Assembly (NCBI GenBank): GCA_937625935.1
Contig: OW569384.1
Location: 186,001 to 250,000, forward strand
Reading direction: 5' to 3'
Length of the DNA stretch: 64,000 nucleotides
DNA from: Tetramitus jugosus
Lineage: Eukaryota; Protista; Heterolobosea
Every line of letters begins with the position of its first letter. Position 1 is the stretch's first letter. Both the position numbers and the translations under genes were made by a program. The notes beneath the pieces are model-generated. The model saw nothing but the letters and a program-made list of their open reading frames with translations, searched no databases and had not been told where the DNA came from. Shown here piece by piece: positions 57,091 through 64,000 of the stretch.

Positions 57091-58572
57091 ATGACAATGA
57101 GAGATAATTGCGTTCATTGTGCGTCAGAGTACCTTGTGCTACCATGTTTACACTCGGGTTGTCGATCATGTCTCGTTGAAAAATCACTGGACGGGCAAGT
57201 AATGTGCCCCACGTGCTACTCTCAAGTTTCTTTTTCCATGCTGAATAAGTTACCCATGGATCATTTGAGGTTGGATCGCGACGAACTCGAGAAAATAAAG
57301 AACCGGGAAGTGTACTGTTCAGTCTGTGCTCACCAATCAGAGATTGCTTCTCATCATTGTAAAGAATGTGATCATTACTTGTGCGAGATTCACAACATCG
57401 CTCATTCCAGAGCACAGCTGACCCAAGACCACCGATCTCAGCCCGTTGAGTTGTACATACAAGATTACCACGGGTTCGTCCCTCACATCACAAACAAAGT
57501 TCCTTGTTCGAATTGCCGAGCTTGTGATATTCGTCCAGATTATTATTGTGAAGGATGTCAGGAGTTTCTTTGTCTTAACTGTAAACCAGAGCACTCTAAG
57601 AACAAGAAAAAGTGTTCAAAGAAGGCCCTACCTATTCCTGAATACTACTCCAGGATACATCGATTAATAGATTCTTCAATAACAGAGGCAACTCAATCAG
57701 TTAATACTCTAACACATCAGTTAGATAAGTTGGACGATCTGAGTTCCAGTGTCATTTACGTGGAACAAAAGATGAACGAGCAGATTAACATGTCATTCGA
57801 TCGCATGATTGGTGTGTTGAACGAACGAAGAAAAGCCCTATTGAACAAGGGACAAGAAGCAATTGCTGAAAAATTGAGCAAGATTAGCTCAGAGAGACAC
57901 ATGGTGGAGAGTGTTATCGTCAGATACATGCAAAGTGTGGAGTTTGCAAAGGAATTGATGAACAGTGGAAACCAATGTGGCCTCATCCAAACTGTTGATT
58001 TAATATACGATAAATTGGACAGTATCAATGATGTACAGTATACTGTGAAAGAAACACCATTCCATATGCGTTTCGAATGTAACGATTGCGCCTTCAGTAA
58101 AGCGGTGAACAACTATGGAAAGATATCACTATGGATCGAGGAGGAACTATCAGTCCTCAAGGAAACGAATGAAAAAGACGACGAGGAAGATATTAAGGAA
58201 GCCTATGAGCAAAGAATACTAGACTTGAACAATAAGATGCAGGAGATTGAAACTAGTCAAAAAGAAACAGAAAATTCTCTTCGAGAGTCACTGGCTTCAA
58301 TGACTCAAGAGTACAAAGCTTTGAGGAAGAAGAGACTACAAGAGCTTCAAGAGGGATATTCCAAGAAGGAGGTAGATATTGCACTTCTGATAAAGAAATT
58401 GGATGAGATTTCCCAAAGAATGCAAAAGGGCAAGAAGAAATCCTACAAATCAGATGATGTAGTAGCGAAGTTGAAGGAGTTGATTGAAGCGATTCCTTGT
58501 TCTCCTTCTGTGACCAATAATAAGAGGAAACAATTTGTTGTGAGATCAGAAGTTGGAGGTAGAGAGTGTTGA
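57091..58572 (+). CDS. TRIM/RBCC-type protein (RING, two B-box-like modules, coiled coil)
   Basis: CVHC...LPCLHSGCRSC...CPTC. CSVC...CKECDHYLCEIHNIAH. YCEGCQEFLCLNC...H. Long heptad region. Confidence 0.85.
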   Translation: MTMRDNCVHCASEYLVLPCLHSGCRSCLVEKSLDGQVMCPTCYSQVSFSMLNKLPMDHLRLDRDELEKIKNREVYCSVCAHQSEIASHHCKECDHYLCEIHNIAHSRAQLTQDHRSQPVELYIQDYHGFVPHITNKVPCSNCRACDIRPDYYCEGCQEFLCLNCKPEHSKNKKKCSKKALPIPEYYSRIHRLIDSSITEATQSVNTLTHQLDKLDDLSSSVIYVEQKMNEQINMSFDRMIGVLNERRKALLNKGQEAIAEKLSKISSERHMVESVIVRYMQSVEFAKELMNSGNQCGLIQTVDLIYDKLDSINDVQYTVKETPFHMRFECNDCAFSKAVNNYGKISLWIEEELSVLKETNEKDDEEDIKEAYEQRILDLNNKMQEIETSQKETENSLRESLASMTQEYKALRKKRLQELQEGYSKKEVDIALLIKKLDEISQRMQKGKKKSYKSDDVVAKLKELIEAIPCSPSVTNNKRKQFVVRSEVGGREC

Positions 58573-59019
58573 GACTTCTCTTCTGACGACTGAACTGAGG
58601 GAATAAGGATTTCTCGAGGTACAAACTTGATATCAAAGAACAGAAGAAATTATGCACACAAACAGTTCCTTGATGAATAGAGTGTTCAACAAAGTACTCG
58701 ATGTCAGAAATAAAGAACTTGGGCTTGTGCATAACAAAGTCCGTTCAATATGGATTCTACTTCATGCGCGTGTTTGTGTTTACAATTTGTTAAACAAACT
58801 ACTTTTGTGAAGCTCAGAAAAACCCTTCCTCTTTGTGCTCTCAATATGGAGAGAAACTGAAATCTGGTTGGAGTTTAGATGACCTTTACCTATGGTTGAA
58901 GGAAGAAACCTTTAAGATGCTGGTGTGGCGTGGCCATCCTTGAAACGCCTGATTCGAACTTACCTGGATGGTTGGAACAAAGATCTAGAAACTACCAAAA
59001 TAAAAAACCCAAAAAGAAC

Positions 59020-59988
59020 ATGGCTTCATCATGCCTGAACAGATCATGCTTGAAGAAGTTACTTGTCAGTAAAAAATTTACTTGTGTGGCGGAAGTGTTA
59101 CCCCCAAAGGAATCCTACATTTCAGAAGAGTACTACAATGAACTGGATAGATTGGTGATGAATGGTGCACAGGTGTTCAGTGTTGCAAGCAATCCAATGG
59201 GTACCATCCGTATGGAGTCTGGTTTTGTGGCTCAAATGATTCAAAAGAGATTTGAGTCTTGGAGTATTCCCAGTATTGTCCATGTCACATGTGTCGGAAG
59301 GAGTTTATTGCAGCATCAGAGTCATCTGTTGTCGCTGTATCATTCAGGGCAGCGCAACTTGTTGATAATTGCGGGAGACGAACCAAAGTATTGTCCTGGA
59401 TCGAGCAAGTGTATGGACATTGACTCCCTTCAGTTCATTCAACTGGTCAAGCAACAGTTGGCCAATGGTTTGAATAGTTGCCATGGATCAATTGGAGAGG
59501 CGATGGAGTTCACAGTCGGATGTGCAGTGAATATGCAAGTAAAGAATCAGAAAGATGTAGACTGGCAAACAAGCAGATTGAATGCCAAAGTTCAAGCAGG
59601 GGTAGACTTTTGCATGACGCAGCCAATATTCGATCTGGAGGTCATGCAAAAGTTCTTGGAGGAGTACGAGCGGAGGTACGGCCTCTTAACGATTCCAATT
59701 CTCACTGGAGTCCTTCCTATTCGATCAATGAACCATGTACGATCTCTGGAGAAGATACCTGGTATCCTTGATCCCATCTCCTTGCAGTCAGGGTACTTTC
59801 AATCGTTGCAAAGCCTCGCCGGTAAGAGTGATGAGGAATTCTCGCAAGCCAGTTATGGATACACAGCAAATTTAGTGCAAGATATACAAACTATTCATCC
59901 CTATGTCAAGGGAATGTACGTCACAGCTGGAACATCCCTCCAATCAAACGACATGGCTATTCAATTGATCCGACAATTCTCCAGATAA
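59020..59988 (+). CDS. Methylenetetrahydrofolate reductase catalytic domain (bacterial YitJ C-terminal/MetF-like)
   Basis: VAEVLPPK, NPMGTIRM, IVHVTC..R, LLIIAGDEP, FTVGCAVN, RLNAKVQAGVDFCMTQPIFD, IPILTGVLPI. First ATG at 59020. Confidence 0.85.
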   Translation: MASSCLNRSCLKKLLVSKKFTCVAEVLPPKESYISEEYYNELDRLVMNGAQVFSVASNPMGTIRMESGFVAQMIQKRFESWSIPSIVHVTCVGRSLLQHQSHLLSLYHSGQRNLLIIAGDEPKYCPGSSKCMDIDSLQFIQLVKQQLANGLNSCHGSIGEAMEFTVGCAVNMQVKNQKDVDWQTSRLNAKVQAGVDFCMTQPIFDLEVMQKFLEEYERRYGLLTIPILTGVLPIRSMNHVRSLEKIPGILDPISLQSGYFQSLQSLAGKSDEEFSQASYGYTANLVQDIQTIHPYVKGMYVTAGTSLQSNDMAIQLIRQFSR

Positions 59989-60030
59989 CACCAAAAAACC
60001 AGGCACGTGAAATAAAAAAAACAAAGGACC

Positions 60031-60996
60031 ATGTTAAGGCTCAGCGGTCATCTGAAACCCTCGTATGCATTTTCATTTCCAAGCACTCGGATAAAGCTGG
60101 CAAGTACCGCCTTTCAACACTCAAAGATTCAATCTTGCAGGTACTCCTCTTCACTGGATTCAAGGCAGGGCGACACTATTCAACCAAGATTATCAGGAAT
60201 GCAATGTGCAATTCGATGGCTTCGTTGCACTCTTTCATCCGCTCCAAAATTCACCTATTATACTCTGTTGGGTATTCTCGGGCTGAGCAATACAATTGAG
60301 ATTCAAAGGAAAACATTGGAGCAGTATAGAGAGATTAGGAGTATATTTCAGATCGATATGAAGATAGAGGATAGAAATCAGGGGCAATATGAAGAAAACA
60401 ACAAGAGTGGTCTTGTGTTTGTTCTGTTGAATCAAACATCGTTAAGTGAGAATTTTGTCATCTTGCCAGCGATTCACGAAGCTGTTCTTAAGCATCGACA
60501 ACAGGATCAAGATCGAGCCGAGTGTTATCCGTTTGTCTTCGCTAACTTGGAGTACCTACTTGTACCGTTCCATGGTTGGGTCACGTGGCTCTGGTCAACA
60601 ATGGTTATTAGGCAGTGGTCTTCGCAAGCCAGGTCGAGCTTGGACAAGGCAAGGGACATGGTCATTCAAGGTCACTCGTGCTACATATCAATCGAAGGAA
60701 AGAGAAACCAAGACCCACGGTCCTTGCAACCATACAAGAAGGGCGCCGCCGTGCTTGCAATTCATTCCAACAATGCCACCATTGTTCCAATCTTTATCAA
60801 AGGAGCGAGTCAAGTGTGGCCTTCAGGTGATTGGAAAGTCCAACCAGGAGACATTACCGTTGTATTCATGAAAAAGATTTCCACAAAAGGGATGAGCTAC
60901 GAGGACAGAACTCGACTCACTGACCATCTCAACACCGTGGCTCAACAAGAGCTCCTCCTATCGAACAAACAACAACAACAAAAATCTCAACCATAA
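60031..60996 (+). CDS. PlsC/LPAAT-family acyltransferase-like protein with altered motif I and a presequence-like N-terminus
   Basis: VFVLLNQTSLSE (motif I position), PFHGW, ISIEGKR (motif III), PYKKGAAVLA, IVPIFI. Confidence 0.8.
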   Translation: MLRLSGHLKPSYAFSFPSTRIKLASTAFQHSKIQSCRYSSSLDSRQGDTIQPRLSGMQCAIRWLRCTLSSAPKFTYYTLLGILGLSNTIEIQRKTLEQYREIRSIFQIDMKIEDRNQGQYEENNKSGLVFVLLNQTSLSENFVILPAIHEAVLKHRQQDQDRAECYPFVFANLEYLLVPFHGWVTWLWSTMVIRQWSSQARSSLDKARDMVIQGHSCYISIEGKRNQDPRSLQPYKKGAAVLAIHSNNATIVPIFIKGASQVWPSGDWKVQPGDITVVFMKKISTKGMSYEDRTRLTDHLNTVAQQELLLSNKQQQQKSQP

Positions 60997-61175
60997 ACCA
61001 TCACGAGATCCCATGCATCTCCAAATTGAATCACACATTTCTAATTCCCCTATCACAAAAAACACAACATTTTCACACTTGCATCAATCAAATCAAAGAG
61101 AGACAAAAAAAAGCTTCACAAAGAAACAACAACAACAACAAAACCAAGTCGTCGTTATTTTTTTTTCAATTCATC

Positions 61176-64000
61176 ATGTCGAAGAAGCAAACCAAAATGT
61201 CTTTTTCTGATTTTCAGAAATCGACACTTCCACCGACTGCTTCTGGTTGGGCGCCACTTCCCACTTCAAAGCAACAAGCACCAGCCAACAAATCATCATC
61301 ATCAACTGGTGGTGGTAATAATAATAAGAAGGCAGCAGCAGCCACTTCTGCAAATAAGCAAGGTAATAACAAAGCAAACAACAAGTCTCAACCGCAAGCG
61401 AATTCTCCTACTGTCGCATCATCATCATCAGCAACAGCAACAGCAGACAAGAAGAATGCAGCACCAAAAGCAGCAGAGACTCAAAATGCGCCTCCTCAAC
61501 AGCAACAACAGCAGCAAAAGCAACAAAACAATAACAACAAGCAACAAAAGCAACAACAACAACAAAAACAATCATCAACACCTGCTGCTTCTACCACTGC
61601 ACCTACTGCAACAACAACAACAACTGCAGCAGCACCACCAACAGCAGCAGCAGCTCAACAACAAGCTCCACCTAGTGTCAATGGAACCAACAATCCTCCA
61701 CTAAAGAAGAAGGAAACTTCAAAAAATGACAACAAAAACAAGAACAAAAAATCATCATCAGATCAAAAGAAAAAGTCAAGCAGTGCAGGAGGAGGAGACA
61801 ATCAACAACAACAGGACCAACAATCAGAAAAGGTGGAACTGTTTTATCGTATGCCAAAGGACGTTGTGCCTATTGCTGAATACTTGAAGCAAAAATTGGT
61901 CGTTGTTCCGTTGGATGGTGATACTGAACAACAACAACAACAACAATTGGATCAACCCATCATCAACTATTTGAGTTGTGTGTTGCACGGTCAGAATGAT
62001 GTCGGTACAAGAACCAGTGAGGCAGAAGTCATTCAATTGTTGTCCAATTTTGCACATGAGACACGTGTTTGCAACAGTAAGCAAACTGCATCTGAACTCG
62101 CTCTGTCCATTCTCAATGATTTGTACGAGCAGAACTTGGTCAAGAAACCAGAGGCAGAAGGTCCATCATCAGGCAGCAAGGTCAAGGAACTCACTGAAGC
62201 CATCAGTCTCGGTAGACAATTCGAAGAACAACAAAAGCAGAACGAGATGATGATGGAAGTGGCCACTGGAACATCTGTGCCTTCTGCCAGCTCCATCAAC
62301 TTTAATGAACAGTTGGATTGGGAGAAGAGAATGGCAAAGTTGAGAGCAGAGAAGCAAGCCAAGCGTGATGCAAAGGAAAGAGATGCCAAGATGGTTGAAT
62401 ACGAAGAGTATTTGAAGAGAAGAGGCTTGTCCAATTCGAGAGGTATTGTCAAGATGCACAATGCTGATCAAGTCACTGGTACGAGAGACGTTGTGTTGAG
62501 AAATATTTCAGTCTCTGTTGGTAACTCTGAATTGTTGACTGATTCTGACTTTATGTTGCACTGTGGACATCGTTATGGTTTGATTGGTAGAAACGGTGTG
62601 GGAAAGGTTTGTAGGCTCTACCTCTTGATTTTATCATTATTTTTTTTTCGTTGTCTCGCGTACTGACTCTTACACCAATGTACACAAAATAGACCACCTT
62701 GTTGCGACACTTTGTGGAGAGAGATTTGGTCGGTATTCCACCATATTTGCAAATTTTGCACATTGAACAGGAAGTGACGGGAGATGAGACAACTGCAATC
62801 GACTCTGTGTTGAAGACAGATGTGGAACGATTGTCATTGTTGGCAGAGGAGAAGAAGCTCTTGGAAGGCAACAACGAAGATGCCGATGAGAGATTGACCG
62901 AGATTTATGCACGTATGGATGAGATTGATGGCCATAGTGCTGAATCGAGAGCAGCAGCCATCTTGAGTGGTCTGCAGTTCACTCCAGAGATGCAAAACCA
63001 AAAAACAAAGGACTTTTCTGGTGGTTGGAGAATGCGTATCGCCTTGGCACGTGCTCTGTTCGTTGAGCCTGATATTCTGTTGCTTGATGAACCTACCAAT
63101 CACTTGGATTTGGCTGCTGTTCTCTGGCTGGAGAACTATTTGACAAAGTGGAAGAAGACACTGGTTGTTGTTTCTCACGCCCGTTCCTTCTTGAACAATG
63201 TTGTGACCGACATTGTTCACTTCCATGAAAAGCAACTGCACTACTACAGAGGAGATTACAATACATTTGAAAAGACGAGACTTGATTCACTCAAGTTGCA
63301 ACAAAAGACATTTGAAGCACAGGAGAAACAAAGGAAACACATTCAACAATTTATTGATCGGTTTAGATACAAGACTGCCACTGCAAAGATGGTTCAATCG
63401 CGTATCAAAATGCTAGAGAAGATAGAGTTTGTTGCTGCAGTTGCAGAAGATCCTACATTCACCTTTGCTATACCGTCTCCAGAGCCTGAAGCACCACCTT
63501 ATCTCCAGGCTTGCGATGTCACATTCGGCTTCTCCGAACACAAGATTTTGTTCAAGAAATTGAACTTTAATTTGGATATGGACTCTCGGATTGCCCTCGT
63601 TGGTCCTAACGGTGCGGGAAAGGTTTGTATCTCTATATGACAATTCTTTTTGTGTGTTCTTGTTCAGTCGTCATTCATACACAGTGTACTAACTCTTATG
63701 CATCTATACAAATAGACTACTTTCCTTAATGTGTTGATGGGCGATCTGAAACCACTTGATGGCTACGTGAACCTGAACCGGAAACTGAGAATTGCTCGAT
63801 TCAATCAGCATCATATTGAGCAACTCGACTTGAGACTGACTCCATTGGAATATATGCAGGGCAAGTTCCCACAATCCGATCCACAGGCATTGAGAGGTCA
63901 TCTCGGTGGTCTAGGATTGAGTGGAACTTTGGCTACTCAGCCAATTTACACACTGTCTGGAGGTCAGAAGAGCAGAGTGTCATTCTCAGAGCTAACATTC
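61176..64000 (+). CDS. ABCF-subfamily ATPase (ABCF3/GCN20-like), truncated by the window end; exons 61176-62606, 62693-63622, 63716->64000
   Basis: RYGLIGRNGVGK|TT, FSGGWRMR, LLLDEPTNHLD, VVSH. Second NBD: ALVGPNGAGK|TT, FNQHH, LSGGQKSRV. No TM segments. Long Q/N/A-rich N-terminus. Confidence 0.93.
62607..62692 (+). other. Spliceosomal intron 1 of the ABCF gene (phase 0, in Walker A of NBD1)
   Basis: GTTTGT donor, TACTGAC branch, ATAG acceptor. Removal restores GNGVGKTT-type reading (GRNGVGKTTLL). Confidence 0.9.
63623..63715 (+). other. Spliceosomal intron 2 of the ABCF gene (phase 0, in Walker A of NBD2)
   Basis: GTTTGT donor, TACTAAC branch, ATAG acceptor. Removal restores GPNGAGKTTFL. 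Confidence 0.9.

Noticed and set aside
58958-59080. ACTTACCTGG matching the U1 snRNA 5' end
   Set aside because: No U1 stem-loops or Sm site at the right spacing, and it runs into the MTHFR CDS.
1-64000. CRISPR arrays, transposases, retroelements, rRNA, prokaryotic operons
   Set aside because: No regularly spaced repeats, terminal inverted repeats, RT/integrase motifs or rRNA signatures seen. The bacterial-like genes are interspersed among intron-containing eukaryotic genes, which argues against a contaminant contig.

Overview
Gene-dense eukaryotic nuclear DNA. It has short intergenic spacers, A/C-rich 5' leaders, N/Q/S/T low-complexity tracts and about 11 short GT-AG introns (86-225 nt) that I could place by frame restoration. 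The gene content and style suggest a free-living protist, plausibly a heterolobosean (inference). About 38 protein genes and one tRNA-Arg(UCU) are present. Well-supported genes: EamA/DMT transporter (cut by the left edge), Rnl2-family RNA ligase, F-box-SPRY, a frameshifted PP2C, neurofibromin (NF1), MsrA, a RING protein, two OSCA/TMEM63 channels, an OleC-like AMP-ligase, THOC5, RecQ, tandem BTB genes, an ankyrin protein, LRR-RhoGAP, BUD23, ZPR1, a WD40 protein, a tandem F-box pair, an isochorismatase-family hydrolase, HPPD, a TRIM/RBCC protein, a bacterial-type MTHFR domain, a PlsC-like acyltransferase and ABCF (cut by the right edge). Most notable observations: (1) two sequence-related introns at exactly the same Walker-A position in both ABC domains of the ABCF gene; (2) a small ORF that looks like a stand-alone GspE/PilB N2 domain with a textbook PTS2 peroxisomal signal, possibly linked to the T2SS-derived organellar system; (3) several bacterial/phage-type enzymes (OleC-like with an inserted membrane hairpin, Rnl2, YitJ-type MTHFR). 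All family calls come from motif recognition by eye; no database searches were run.
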